64,000 bases of DNA from Paraphysomonas bandaiensis (taxonomy: Eukaryota > Protista > Chrysophyceae). The stretch is from the NCBI GenBank assembly GCA_965644295.1, contig CBFFRP010000263.1, forward strand, positions 62,001 to 126,000, read 5' to 3'. Each line of letters starts with the position of its first letter. Within the stretch, counting starts at the first letter, position 1. Below the pieces are notes generated by a model that did not search any database, was not told the DNA's origin, and saw only the letters and a list, made by a program, of their open reading frames with translations. Made by a program: the position numbers and the translations under genes. This document shows positions 1-14,192 of this stretch, piece by piece.

Positions 1-260
1 CATATATACACACTCATATATACACACTCATATATACACTCATATATACACACTCATATATACACACTCATATATACACACTCATATATACACACTCATA
101 TATACACTCATATATACACACTCATATATACACATTCATATATACACACTCATATATACACACTCATATATACACACTCATATATACACACTCATATATA
201 CACTCATATATACACACTGATATATACACACTCATGTACACACACTTATGTATACACTTA
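1..260. repeat. Minisatellite, ~14-bp unit CATATATACACACT (runs off the window start)
   Basis: Visible tandem repeat with 12/14-bp variants, decaying by ~260; probably intronic in the downstream CCR4-like gene. Confidence 0.95.
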
Positions 261-348
261 TGTTTTATTATTTGGTTATGTATTTAGTTATTAGTAGTTA
301 TGTAGTGTTTAGTATTGTTGGCTGACATTTGATGCGGGTGGTGTACAG

Positions 349-2476
349 GTACTAGAAGCTAACCCACATACCTTTTCTTTCAAGTGGAGCAGAGGACCCA
401 CTATCCCTATGTGCGCATACAGCTCCTGTCCGAGAAACGGAACTACTGATCCACTAGACTGGTCGAGATTTTCAAGAGGAGGGCCAAGCCTTCGCTGTGC
501 TGTTTGCGAAAAACTAGGAATTCCTCGACATGAGGCGCTATTTTGCTCAGTCAGGTTTATATGTGTAGTATATAGTGGGATGTTGTGCTAACTGATGCCA
601 TTAAAGCTGCTTTAAGAACGCATGGCCGACACATATTGTCAGGTATGCTATATTGAGCTGTAGTTGTTGTGTAGTGACATGGTACGGAGCAGTAAACATC
701 CCCGAAGCAGTGTCCCTGCTCCTGTTCCGCCAGCTCCACTCAGCAAGCCAGTGGTGGTAGCGGGAATCGTTGCGGAGAGAGATAGTGATGACGATGTTGT
801 CGACGCGGAAGAACTTGACGAAGGGGGATATGTGGAAGGTGGGTGATGCTTGTGGCATTATTTTTTCTGTGCATAATGTGTTGTTAAGGGCATGTGCCGA
901 CCTCTCTCATGGATACTCTGCATGGAGGGGCGGACGGACAATGGGAGGAGATATTCAGGCGAGTATCTAGTATATATCATTTTATTGTACTAATATGCCC
1001 ATAGCGAGCAGACGTATATTCCAACTGCTGAAGATGTGGGCAAGGTGTTACGTATCGAGTGTCGAGCAGTTGGCAAAGACTGTGAGACACTCGCCGGCCC
1101 AGTGGTGGTGTACACGGAGTGTGTGTTGTCCGCCCCCCGCTTGCCCCCAAGACGAGCATTGCATGCTGTACCCAACGCTGGAGCCTCCCTGTCATCCCAG
1201 TCGCAGGTCAGGTTCAGAGTCGTCAGCTACAATATACTGGCCGAGATATATGCAACAAAGCACGTGAGTGTCTGATTGTTTTCAAAGGGTCGTTTCATGT
1301 CACTGACTGACGGGCACGCTGGTGTAGGCCTATCCCTATAGTGACCCCTGGACCCTGAGCTGGCCGTATCGGCGGTCTATTATTTTGCAGGAATTAGCAG
1401 ATTCGAAGGGAGATATTATTTGTCTTCAAGAGGTACAGGCTGATCATTACGAGCAGAATCTTCAACCCGCCTTATCCGACATGGGGTATGATGGCCTGTA
1501 CAAGCAGAAGACACGGGAGAGTATGGGCCAGCATGGTAAAGTGGATGGATGTGCTGTGTTCTGGCGACGAACGAAGTTCATAATGGTTGAAAACTATTCA
1601 ATAGAATTCAATGAGATTGTGCAGCGCACAGCGTCACATCTCAACCTTGATGATGGGGACCGTCGTCGTTTCATTAGTCGTCTCAGCAAGGATAACATTG
1701 CCCAGGTACTAGTTCTAGAGCCTCTGTCTCGTCCGCAGCAGCAAAGGTCCAGGTCCGCTAGCCGCATATGCGTGGTGAATACTCATCTGTACTCTAACCA
1801 CACCCGGCCTGAGATAAAGCTGTGGCAGTCAGTGCAGCTGATGAAAGAGATTGAGTCGTACGTGCTTAACCAAGATCTTGCACTCCTAATATGCGGCGAC
1901 TTTAACTCCGAACCAGAATCGGCTGTTTATCAGTATTTGTCGCAGGGGGGACTCCATGAGGAGCACGCCCGTGTAGTAGAGGCTGTAGCGGAGGTGCATT
2001 TCCTTTATGTATTTATGTGGCTGTGTATCTAAGCTGTTCACAGAACCTGGTGGATGTGGAGGCTCTGATGCACCGAGTGGAGTTGGAATCCGCCAACTAT
2101 CGATCTCTGGGATACGAGCCAGAGTTTACAAACTATACCCGTAATTTTCGAGGAACTTTGGACTACGTGTGGTGCGATACTTGTGTTTTTATTTAGGCTA
2201 GTGAGTATCTAACGACTGCATAGGTATACACCCTCGAGACTGAAACTAATGGCAGTTACGTCTCCCCCTTCCGAAGCAGATATTTCAGCACATTGTGAGG
2301 GACTTCCCAGTGTTCAATATCCCTCTGACCACATTATGCTTTGTTGTGACGTCGCGTTGATGATGGGTACAGCACAACCCATGCACGGGGGTGGAATGGG
2401 GCAAGTAGGCTCATCAACTTCAGGAGTGGTAGGAGTCCCAGGAAGCAGTAATATTGGGCAGCAAGGAAGGAGATAG
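349..2476 (+). CDS. CCR4: CCR4/CNOT6-family EEP deadenylase with plant-type N-terminal Cys-rich region (5' part probably outside window; multi-exon)
   Basis: Spliced exons give FRVVSYNILAEIYA, DIICLQEVQ, DGCAVFW, VVNTHLY, LICGDFNSEP, FTNYT..F.GTLDY and YPSDH. N-terminal CAYSSC...CAVCEK..FCS region. First visible exon starts after an AG at 349. Confidence 0.88.
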
Positions 2477-3452
2477 ATTGATATGTTGTTGACTATTGTT
2501 AAAAAGTGAAATATGTGAACTATTTTTTTGAATCATGTCGCACTTTTGATTCGTTTGTCTCGAATTCCATAGATGCATAGTACTTAAAAGTGAATTATGT
2601 GAGTAGTAAACTACCGTGGTGGAAACGGGATTAATCTTTACTTTCTGTATTAACAGCAACCAGTAGGCTACTGTTATACGTAAAATAGTTGAACTACTGT
2701 GTCAGCTATGTTAATCACATGCTTATATTGGCCACGTATAGCGCTAATATAAGTAACAAATGCTGCATATGAAACTTAAATTCAACGTTACTTGTCTTGA
2801 CTTTTCTTTGTTGAGTTTGCTTTTGTGAGTATTTGAAATACGACTGCTACTTGAAGAATACAGTAGTGGTTAACAGTTAACAGTGGTACATGAATTAATG
2901 ATATGGTATGAATTATGTTCGAGAAATTGAAAAACTTTGCCTGTATAAGGTATAAGATCATGTCTATCTAAGATCTAATAACATCGATTGGTAGTTGAGT
3001 TTCTTAATTTCTTTTCTTTTCTTCATCGCTGTGTGAGAAAGTAGATGTAGATTCATTCAATATTTAGAATAAATACGAAATCGTTAACCAGTTCTAGGTT
3101 TGGGGGAGTGCTGACGACATGACAAGAGAATATAGAAAACATGTCCGATATCCGTATTTGTTATATCAGGATAATACACTATGCTAAGCACTAACACGAA
3201 CTATCTAACTAGTATGACTAGCATTCTTCTAGCCACTAATTGATGCAAGGTCTCAACGCCTATTGCTAAATAATCAGACATTCACTACTACTACTAACAC
3301 GAACTATTCTCTTTCTTTCTCTAAGTGATTCCAGAGCTAGCCAAACTACATTTTTCCTCATGGTTTGTTGTGTCGATGATAAATATCAATGCAACTATGA
3401 AAAATGCATTCATTTAATATAAAAGAAAACAGTGGCTCGATAGTACCCTATA

Positions 3453-5443
3453 CTATTTCTTTTTCGCTTTTCTATTTTGATGTCCAGACTCTTTTAAATG
3501 CTTAAACAGCGCATTTCTGCTCGGAAATGATTCCGCGCAAACGCCGCACACGGCATCTGACTTACGCTTCTTTGTTGACACACCAGCCGCATCTTGCGGT
3601 TTATTCCCAGTTATACTAGTAATCAATTCCGGATATACCTCCTCCACTTCCTTGTAATGCTCCTTTTTGTTGAAAGGGCGCCGGCCGAGTTTTTCGTCTT
3701 CTTTGCACAAAGAGCACTTGATGTTCGAGTGTTCGCCAGAAGCAGCGCACTGAGTGCATAGGAGCAGAGGTACGCCACAAACAGGACACCTCCTTTTGCC
3801 CCTATACTTCTCCCATGGTACGGAGCAGCCAGCACATCGACCTAGTACCTCTACCGCCGGGTCAGATGACGACTGTCTACTTCGTGTCGTTTCTTCCTCG
3901 TCCACAACTGGTTCTGATTCAGCTGAAGGCCCGTCATGTACAGATGATTCCCCACCGGCAGCACCATGGGCAAACCTGACCAACATGTATATAACTCGAC
4001 AACAACGGATACTATGTAAAGAAGTACACCTTTTATCGAAGGTATAGTTCTTACCAGACCACTGAGAGTCTGATCCTGCTGGGAAAGCTTCAAGATACTT
4101 GTGTATACCTCCTTTCAACTGGTACACATTGTTGTGACCAAGACTTCGAATAAGGGCACTGGCTCGTTCTGTATATACCAAGTCACATACGACATAGTTT
4201 ACACTTTTACAGGGCCCTTACCACACCGAATACCTCCCGTGCAATACATGAGCACCTGCTTGTCCTTTATATCATCAAAGTGCTCCTTCGCCCACTTGGG
4301 GAACTCTGTGCTGACTCTCATCTAAGACAACTGTTAAATACGGACAGAACAGGTTTAATATTTTAACCTTTGGATCGACGTACACAGCACCCCCTTCACG
4401 GGGCGTAAACCTCCCGATTTCAGCCTCATAAGTGTTGCGAACGTCGATGACAACAGTATTGTCCTGAAATCACAGTGTGCGTGATTAAGCAAATACGTAG
4501 AGAGGAGCAAAAACACAAAATATAGTGCAATACAAACAAGATTAATGCATATCAAACCTCCTTTAGTTTTTCATGGTATTCTTTCGCCGATAGATGGACC
4601 GCACCATTCTTGACTGAGGGAGGATTCTCAACTCCGAGACCATAATTCACAAGTTCCTTTACAGGAAACACTTTGAGTTTAGGAAATGCCTGCAGTGCAG
4701 CATTACAACCATCCCAGTCACTTATACTCAGGTCCCCACCTGTCCCTCTGGAAGGTTATCAGTATACTTGAAGTCTTCCCCATCTTGCATGTCCGTGAAA
4801 TGGCCAGAACTATGCGTTCGTAGAGCACTAGTAAATGCTCTGATACCATCATACGGCCCTGCGTCTCTATTTAGATACGCCAACTGCTACCGGAACTAAC
4901 ACACCTGTCAGAGTTCCGTTGAATCCTTCTCTAGACACTCGTAGTCTTCCCGTGACACCTACAACAGAGACAATAACTTCAGGAGCTGATGATGTTTAGA
5001 TATAGAGATATACGTATATATATGTGTGCAGATACACGCATAGATCCATATAGTTGTAGCATGTGGGTACTGTATACAGTTGTAGTGTACAGCATATATA
5101 CATGGGCTGTAGAGGCATGTACAGGAGGATACAGTAAGAGGGTGCTACGGTACGCACCATTAGCCTCAAGGGTCTGCTGTGCCCATTCTATCATTCGAGT
5201 ATGCTGTGCTGGCTTCCATACAGGCTCCACATATGCATAAAACAAGAGCAAAGTCACCCCACTTTTATCTATTGAACCGGTTGGTTTATCCGGCTGAATT
5301 TCGCTTATTTTATCTTCATACTTCTTCTTCTTCCGATCTAGTTCTTTAATGGCCTCTGGGTCTGTACTTCGACTTCGTTTTTTCAAGACTTTCGACAATT
5401 TTTTTTGATAGTGTTGTAGTGTAGTATCCATTTCTGTTTCCAT
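3453..5443 (-). CDS. TSTD2/TrhO (UPF0176)-like rhodanese-domain protein with C-terminal C2H2 zinc finger (multi-exon)
   Basis: [57 protein letters not shown], Cys cluster CAGC..CPVC..CTQC..CSLC, and terminal [23 protein letters not shown]. Confidence 0.85.
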
Positions 5444-6190
5444 TATATGGTACACTAGTGATGTTAGTACGCTAATAAGTGAACCTTCTTATGTGGATAC
5501 GAGAAACGAATAGTTAGAATGACATTGACATGTACTTTACACATCAAATGTATGGAGCTCATTCAGCACTTGAGCCATTCGTAAAACAGTGTCCGTATTC
5601 CATGGTATACAGACATTTATACAGAGAAGATACACTCTTGACTAAAATTGCAGTTTTTCGAGGGCTTAAAATGAAAAAGTTGGAGAATTAAACGTAAAAG
5701 ATACTTTTTCACGATTTTTTCGACCTTTTTGTCTTTTCTATGGTATGTACAGTACCATATCCAGATGTACATGTTCTCTGTATGTTGTGCATGTATTGTA
5801 TGTATACGACTAGATGTGTATATATACGTATATATGGACTCCGCATGTGTGATAATAAAGTTATAGTTAAGATATGTGAATCCTCATCTCCACAGTGGAT
5901 GATAACAGAGTCACCACCCCAATTCAATCACAGCGTCATCAGAGGGTAGATTCAATTACTTGTATATCTATTTTCCTTCTATGTATGTAACTATCATACT
6001 GCTGTATAATACACTACAATATAGTACATAGAAGTATATAGACTCACTTCAGTATCTTATAGGGTCATATTGAAGTATATAGTAGGACATAGTATCTTAT
6101 AGGGTCATATAGTATCTTATAGTGGTGCATAGGGTTATAGAGGATCATATTAGATATACATAACTCTCCCCGTCCCCCCCTTATACACCC

Positions 6191-9126
6191 ATGAGCTCAT
6201 CATCTCGCAATTCAATTACTTCATCTGTCCTTCAACAACAGTTGAAAATAAACATGAATGACTTTACCAAACTAGCTCCAATGGTGCTCCGTTTCGCTGT
6301 AAAGAAAGGCTACATGGTGAAGCAAGGGACTGTGAATAAATACTCAATGAAACGCCGTTATTTTGCTCTATTGGGATGCATGTAATCCTCTACTATATAT
6401 ATATATATGTATGTATCTGCTGATGATGATGTAGGCTGTTTTACTTTGAGAGTGAAGAGCCGGAGTCTTGCATAGGCTTTGTATTCACAGAGTGCTGTGT
6501 ATGTGACAACTCCCAGTCATCTGATTCACCAAAGAAAGAGAGTGGCTATGACGAATCATTCATGTTTACCATATGCACTGTTAGTGGTAAGCGCGTTACA
6601 CTGTTTGCGATCAGCAGCGAGGAGAGGGATTCATGGATAGCTGCGATTGAAAGTAATACATGTATGGCTCTTTCCCAACGAACGGAGGACCTAGACTTTA
6701 TCTCCTCACAAACAAGTCAACGACTTGAGCTCGCAGAGTCCGACTTGACGAGAGCCATACTTGCTCGTGAAACTCTTCAGCGTGAAATGGATAGCATTAT
6801 TCGAGAGAATATGATGTTACAGAATCGAATTGATATTCTGGAGAAGAATTTAAAGGAGACGACATCACGATTAGACTCGTCTGAGTCGGAGCGAAGGCTA
6901 TTGCTTAGCGCAAGTGGTGTCGTGCCTAAGGTTCTTCCATCCTGGTCTCTCTCTAATTCAGTGGCGCGAATATGGGTGGGGTCTTGGAACATGGGGGCCT
7001 CAGATCCGGTGTCATTGGGCAGTGGGAGTCCTTCTCTTGCTAGCACAATATCAAGGGTACAGTCCTTTGCACCACCAGGATACGACATCTACTGTGTAGG
7101 TGTACAAGAATGCATTAGTGAGACACTTTTTGACGCTTTGGATTCTGCTTTGGCACCCTCGGGGGTGAGACGCATTCGATTGGACAGCCAATTTGGGTCT
7201 GACGTAGCCAGGTACTACTTCAAGGAGGGTGACGGTGCAGCTGCAGGAAGCTCAAGTGCGCTACAGGAAGCCATTAGCTCCGATCCTTCAAAGCTGTGTG
7301 GACGGGGAGATGGGTCTCTTCTGTCACTTAAGTACACTGGGGTTGCCCTCTATGTGCACGAGCGATTGATGCCCGTTACCCGGGTTGTGGCAGTATCTCG
7401 TCGCCCTTTCTCTCCGATCCATAGCAAGGGTGGTGTTGGTGCAGTGCTCTCTGTAGCTGGACGCACTGTTGCATTCCTCACATGCCACCTGGAAGCTCAT
7501 AAGAACGATATCCGCAGGGAGCAATACAGGGAAATTGTGGGTTGCTTGGGCAGTCAGCTTGGGGAGGATGGCTTCCACTTATGCGAGCAGTTTCATCACG
7601 TGATATGGTGCGGGGACATGAACTACAGGCTAGTGGAGGAATCAGGTGGGGCTTCTCTCCCCTCTACTACAGCTTTGCGCTTGCTAGAGGAGCGGCAGAA
7701 CAGGAAACTGTTTGAGACGCATGACCAATTGAATCAGGAAAAACGTGCTCAAGAGGTGTTCTACGGATTTAGGGAGCCAGAGCCGTTTCCTAATTTTTTC
7801 CCAACGTATAAGAAGATAGAGCGACGACCGCCTGTTGATCCGTATGATTCTGGATGGGCAAGAGCCACTTACAGGGTCAAATACAAGGAGCCTTTTTACA
7901 AGGGGGGCATGGTCAAAGAGAGGACTCCAGGGTTCTGCGATCGTATACTCTATCACTCAATTACAGACCTCGCTGAGAATCTGGTCCCTGAACGGGTGCG
8001 GTTAGACCTGAGTCTAGAGCAGAATACAGCTCAATCTTTGAGTTTAAACAAGAAGCACGAATCTGAGCGGACCCTTTCACACGTCGTGGACAACTATCAG
8101 TCTGTTAATGGTGGAGATCCGTGGAATATGTCCGACCACTCTCCCGTGTTTGCTACATTTTTATTACGCCTTTTTGAAGACGAGACGAATCACACTGACA
8201 ATGATAAAACTGATTCTAGGAATGAATATGGAAAGGAATCAGACAGAAGTGTCGGAGAACACAACAATTCGTCATTGCTGACACCTTACTCCACCTCTAT
8301 ACTTCCTAGAGGGGTCTATCGCATTGTCTTAACAGATATAAAGGTGGTGTGGGGATCAATGGAGGAGCTTCCTTGCACTGTCGACTTATTGTTTCCCCTT
8401 CCTTTCGAGGTCTGATTTGATGTGTAATATAAGTGTTTCTGTGACGATAAACTGTTATAGGTTACAAACGGAGAAAATTTTGCGGACTACATATCAAATG
8501 GTAGACACTCATCGCAGTCCGTGAGAACCCCAAGTGCTGACAGTAGCGGGAGTGACGATTTAGACGATAATGTGATGAGCAGTCCAGATAGCAAATCGAG
8601 GGCACATAACCTTGGAAGCAGAGTGAGAAGAACTATTTTGGGTTGGCACAGTAGCGAAACCGCAACGCACACTTGCCTCGCCCTTCACTACAACAACACC
8701 GTTGCGGCTCTCTCCGGCAAGCGCGACATCGATCCAATAGAAATAATATGGCGAGGCAGTACTCCTGTCGATAGACTTCACCTGGCGTTGAGAGTGGGCG
8801 TAGATTCTGCCGTCATTATTCACAGCAGGCCTTCAGTTCGAGCATCGAATGCATCTGGGGCCGATATGTCTGATCGGATGATAGGTCATTGTACTCTTGA
8901 CCTGTCAAGAGTTTGTAAGACAGCCGCAGCATCTGACAGCGGTGTAAGAGGAAGTGTTTCAATGGCGCGCCAACTTATTAAAGATGGCGTCCCGATGTAC
9001 AACATTGATGTCGTTTCAATGCAGGCAAGTATAAAAAATCTTATTTTTTAAAAATCTAATCATTATTTACAGAGAGAAGTGGTCACATTTTATTGTAGCA
9101 TGGAAATAATGCCACATAGTGACTAA
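6191..9126 (+). CDS. PH domain + coiled coil + inositol polyphosphate 5-phosphatase (multi-exon)
   Basis: PH: KKGYMVKQG..MKRRYFAL..ERDSWIAAI. 5-phosphatase: WVGSWNM, VGVQEC, HLEAH, WCGDMNYR, PTYK, TPGFCDRIL, SDHSPV. The last exon (9073-9126) is reached via a probable GC-AG intron. Confidence 0.88.
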
Positions 9127-9617
9127 TAGACATTTATTTAATAATTTGCACTATATTTCTTTCTTGTAATGTTTTCCTAATATTATGACGAGTAGAGATT
9201 ATTGAATTCATCATGACCGTCTAGTATATTCACATGATATGTGCTTATGTCGAAATGTCATTATCTATATAACGAGGAATTAATTTAATATTTAGAACAT
9301 TCGCTTGAAATGCGTTGCCATGATAATTATTTCATTTTGCGTCGTTTACTAGATTATCTAGAACATGTCGCGAGCAGCTGATATTTTTTAATTTCTTTGG
9401 AGGGAATGCCAATCTAAATAGAGGTACTCATGTAACCCACAGATACATCATGATGAATGATGAAATCGGTGTTATGATTTTGAATTTTGATTGCATTGAG
9501 TTGGTTCTACAACAAACATTTAAGTGCTAGTACCGAAGTACCCAATATAGTTGAAATACAAAACTTCAATTCGTGTTTCAGGTAAATATAGATGCTATTT
9601 TAAAAAGACATATAATA

Positions 9618-10299
9618 TCACTCGTCAATTTTTTCACTTGCATTTCCATTATCTTTTAATGTACTACTCAACCACTCCTCAGCTGTCCACACGGCCTGTC
9701 CGGGCTGAAGCTTTGTCGTAGGTTTCGCTAAGTTACACTTCAAAACTTTCCCCAGCAGTTCCGCACCATGCATGTTTTCTATCGCTGCAGCCGCATCATC
9801 AGCATCATCAAAGTCTACGAATCCAAACCCTCTGTGCTTATCTGAACATAAACACACCCATACATAAGACATACATATGCTTAGATTAGATTAGAACTCA
9901 CTTTCTGCGTAGTCTTTTGGGATGTTCACTTCTCGAATGTCGCCTACACATAACACAATTAACAATTGCAACGAGTGATACGGACGTATGAGCATATGAG
10001 TGCATAGGGTGTATAGTGGGTGTATATATGTATATACAATGTGTAGAGTGTATATATCTACAGAGAGATGACTATACGCATACAGACAGTGCATAGATAG
10101 CATGTGGAGGGCATAGAGAGGGTGTATATCTATAGAGTGGGTGTCTGTATGTACCGAATGGTATGAATGCGGCGTGTAGGATCTCTTCCGTTACAGCCGC
10201 ATCAAGCCCCCCCACATACACCTGTACACACCCTCACACACACGCACAGATGATAATATCAGAGTATATACATACCATCTTTCTCTTTGTAGTGGCCAT
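9618..10299 (-). CDS. PPIE/cyclophilin-33-like RRM protein lacking the PPIase domain (4 exons)
   Basis: Spliced: [82 protein letters not shown], the CYP33-type RRM. Confidence 0.85.
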
Positions 10300-10348
10300 T
10301 GCGATGAACCTGACAAACACACCCTTAAAGTTATGACAATGACCACAA

Positions 10349-11037
10349 TACACATACATACATACATACATACATACATACATACATACATACATACATA
10401 CATACATACATACATACATACATACATACATACATACATACATACATACATACATACATACATACATACATACATACATACATACATACATACATACATA
10501 CATACATACATACATACATACATACATACATACATACATACATACATACATACATACATACATACATACATACATACATACATACATACATACATACATA
10601 CATACATACATACATACATACATACATACATACATACATACATACATACATACATACATACATACATACATACATACATACATACATACATACATACATA
10701 CATACATACATACATACATACATACATACATACATACATACATACATACATACATACATACATACATACAATACACATACATACATACATACATACATAC
10801 ATACATACATACATACATACATACATACATACATACATACAAACATACATACATACAAACATACATACATACATACATACATACATACATACATACATAC
10901 ATACATACATACATACATACATACATACATACATACATACATACATACATACATACATACATACATACATACATACATACATACATACATACATACATAC
11001 ATACATACATACATACATACATACATACATACATACA
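10349..11037. repeat. (TACA)n microsatellite, ~690 bp
   Basis: Near-perfect tetranucleotide array with few interruptions (about 10770, 10841, 10858). Confidence 0.99.
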
Positions 11038-11069
11038 ATCATTCAGTAGCCATCTCATTATCAACCATC

Positions 11070-13331
11070 ATGGCTTCTCTCTCTCTAACCGACATAGAAT
11101 TCTTTTCCGACCTTCCATCAGAGGGTTGGTCACGTCAGTTCGCCTCATATGGTGGTGATCTGGTGCTGGTGACTCACATCCCTTTAGTAGACTCTCACGA
11201 CCCTACCAACACCCCTCAGACTATTAACACCATCATATCTGCTTCATATGCTGTGGGTGAAGAAGCTTTATTCGAACATAGAGCTGCTGTCGTGTCAGAA
11301 AAAAAGGGACATATCATGACTATGTGTCTTTTTCCTGAAGGGGGTCTATTGAGTGATATGCTGTACAGTGATATGTGTTTAGGCTGGTGTTTCAGACTAA
11401 GAATAGCACTTGATGTTGCACGTGCTATATGTGCATTACATACATCTGATTATATTCATAATGATATTCGTCCTGCTACTCTTGGATTAGACTGTGAATT
11501 TCGATGCAAGTTTTTGGAGATACCGTTTGTTGAGCATGTCGAGGATATCTTTTCACCATGCACTATATCACCTGCTGTTGTGGGGGATGTGTGTTACCGC
11601 GCACCGGAAGTGCTTCGTGATAATATGTGTACTGGTGCATCCGATATGTACAGCTTTGGCCTAGTACTTTTCGAGCTCTGTGCCCGAGTTTCATCGTCCC
11701 TAGTTCCCCGTGACTGTGAAACCCAATGTGTGGATGTTGATCAGCTATTAGAGAACTTGCCCCAAAGCACCCCTGTCTCTTTGCAGGAGCTGATACGGCA
11801 GTTATTATGTGCGGAACCCGAGTACCGTCCCACTGTGGAAGACACTATCGACTGGTTGGATAGCCTGATGATGGAGACATCGCCAGATGAAGACCCAGCT
11901 GACCCACCACTGCCCCCCCTTCCTTTCAGTGAGCGACGCCGGTCCTCCCGTAGAACAGGGACAGGCAAGGCGACTACTGGACTGGGCATAACTCTTGGAA
12001 ACGTGGAGCGGTTGCGAGAGATAGCGAAGTCATCTCGTGAGCCAGAGGAGGATAGTGTGGAAGAGAGGGAGTCACGCCTGTTTCGTCCTAGTGACGATGC
12101 GAGTTCTCCAGAATACCGCGACGAAAGATATTCAAAAGCAGAGGAGAGGAAGTTACACCAGCGGCAAACTCCAGCTAGTGCTCTGGGTAAGTACGTTATG
12201 CTGGTCTCTATGGTAGTCATTTGATCTTGTACCAGGTGTAGAAGCTATCATTGGGTCACTTATGGTGGATGACTCGGAGCTCCAAGGGCACATACAACTG
12301 AAGGTATAATGTCATCTATGTGTAAGTGTGTGGTGAACTCAAGCTGTTTTGTTCAGGCTCATAACCTTCCCATTCACAAAAGTAAATATTTCTTCACTAG
12401 GGATGGATTTCTGCACTGGTGCAGTGACAAGAAATTTGAGGACAGACCAGACCGTGTTCACAGCTTCGACCTAACATGCGCGCGCTTAGAAGAGGGTAGC
12501 ACCCCGCTTCAAATGCACCTCTCTCTTATCAGTGAGGAGACTGCTTCCTCCAACTCCACTAGGAAAGGGGGTCATAGGTACTTCAGATAATACAATCACA
12601 TGCTTTTTACTGATCGAAACAAATACAGGAAACACTTCTTCTCTTCACATGGAGGCTCGAAGGAGCGGGGACGACTTTTTCTCAAGTTCTCATCGACCGA
12701 GAGTGCACAGGAATGGCGGGAAAAAGTTGAGACTGACATGTCGCGGGGGAGGTGTCAGATGTGTGGATGCAAGGTCGAGCTGACACCGGAGCAAATTTTC
12801 CAGCGGGATAAGTATCGTTATCACACGTCACAAGGAGATGTCCCGCAATCGTCATTAGAGCTTGCAATTTTCTGCTCCGAGCAGTGTTATGCGTTTAAAT
12901 CAGCTGTTCACTTCAAAGGCATGAACGTTTCTACAGTGGATGGCAACGTACGACTTAAAGTTAATCAGCCAGAGATCACTGCCATTGACAAACGTTTGGT
13001 ATCGAAGCGCAATCCATCTGCTTGGCGGCGTATGAGTCGAAAACACGGGGTGGGAACGCAACAACCGACTGTAGATAACAGAGAAGCCCATCTCGAAGAG
13101 CTGCCTAGTAATATCGACGAGTGGCTCTCCAGTATTGACCAATCTGAGCTTGCGAGCATCTTCAAAAGCTCTGATTATGGCGAGATAAGCCATATTTTAA
13201 TTGCTGGGCTTACGGAAGAAGATGTGGCTTACATGGGAATTTCATCAAAAGAGACTGTCAATCTATTGATAAAGAGTGCTTCTGAGTTGCATGCGAAGTG
13301 TCTGAAAAACAGACAAGTGTTGAGCATGTAG
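11070..13331 (+). CDS. TKL (LIMK/TESK-like) pseudokinase + PH-like + Cys motif + SAM-like domain (multi-exon)
   Basis: Retains W..RLRIALDVARA..LH, YRAPE, SDMYSFGLVLFEL and PEYRPT. HRD is replaced by HND; no Gly-rich loop, VAIK or DFG seen. C-terminal IDEWLSSIDQSELASIF..LTEEDVAYMGI is SAM-like. Confidence 0.7.
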
Positions 13332-14192
13332 TCGTAGTAGCTTTTGTGTACTGGAAATTGGCATATATCTGACAGCAATTGTGGTGTATTCGTCGAAATG
13401 GGTTGTTCTTAGATTGTAGAAAGAGTAATATGTACATGGAACCTCATATTGTAGCAGACGAGAAATATATTTTTGCGTGATTCTTATACGAGCAGTAGTT
13501 AGCGAAACTCTATCTCCGACTACTGTCGCCGGTTCCTGTTGACATGGAGCTGCCGACACAAATATTATTCCATCATCTACTGTAGTAGAAGATAAAAGAT
13601 ATACTTTAAAACAATGTATAAAATATATGTATTCTGTGATAGCAAGCACAGTATCAGATAATCAGTACTACCCTCCCAGCCCTCAAGCAAGCTCACAAGA
13701 ATAAATACTCTATCTAGATTTTTTATAGTGTCATTCATAGAGATCATAGAACTATATTAACAATTCATATCATATATAGATATATAGGCACTGCAATAGA
13801 CCACATTACTTTACTAGGAGGACTTGCATGTGCACCGGGACTGACAAAGGAGCCATCATTGAATTCTACCAAACTAATATTGTTTCATAGCATATAGCAT
13901 ATCATTAGACTTCGTATAATATTGTCTCTGACCACTGTATTCAAGAAAAAGTTATAAGTCAAAAACCTTAGAATAAAACTTTTAATTGCCTATAAATTAG
14001 CTAAACTCAACACTGATGTCGTGCAATACACGGGTGTTGTAGTTTCTTTTTAAGGCATGGTTAGCCTTGTAAATATTAATCTTTCATACTACCATGAATA
14101 TTAAATTGTGGCACACATAAAACAAAAAAACGGGGGCGCTTTCCAAACATACATACTCTTACAATATTTGGCCACAAGTTCAATGGTATACA

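Noticed and set aside
6050-6130. Short local duplications (AGTATCTTATAG x3; also CAACCATAGCTTT ~29697-29747 and an 18-bp intronic duplication ~45484-45525)
   Set aside because: Ordinary slippage duplications with no further structure.
10191-11064. Long MYVC/YIHT ORFs (also 18586-18867 and 61922-62445)
   Set aside because: Stop-free translations of the (TATG)n microsatellite; real start codons lie outside the arrays.
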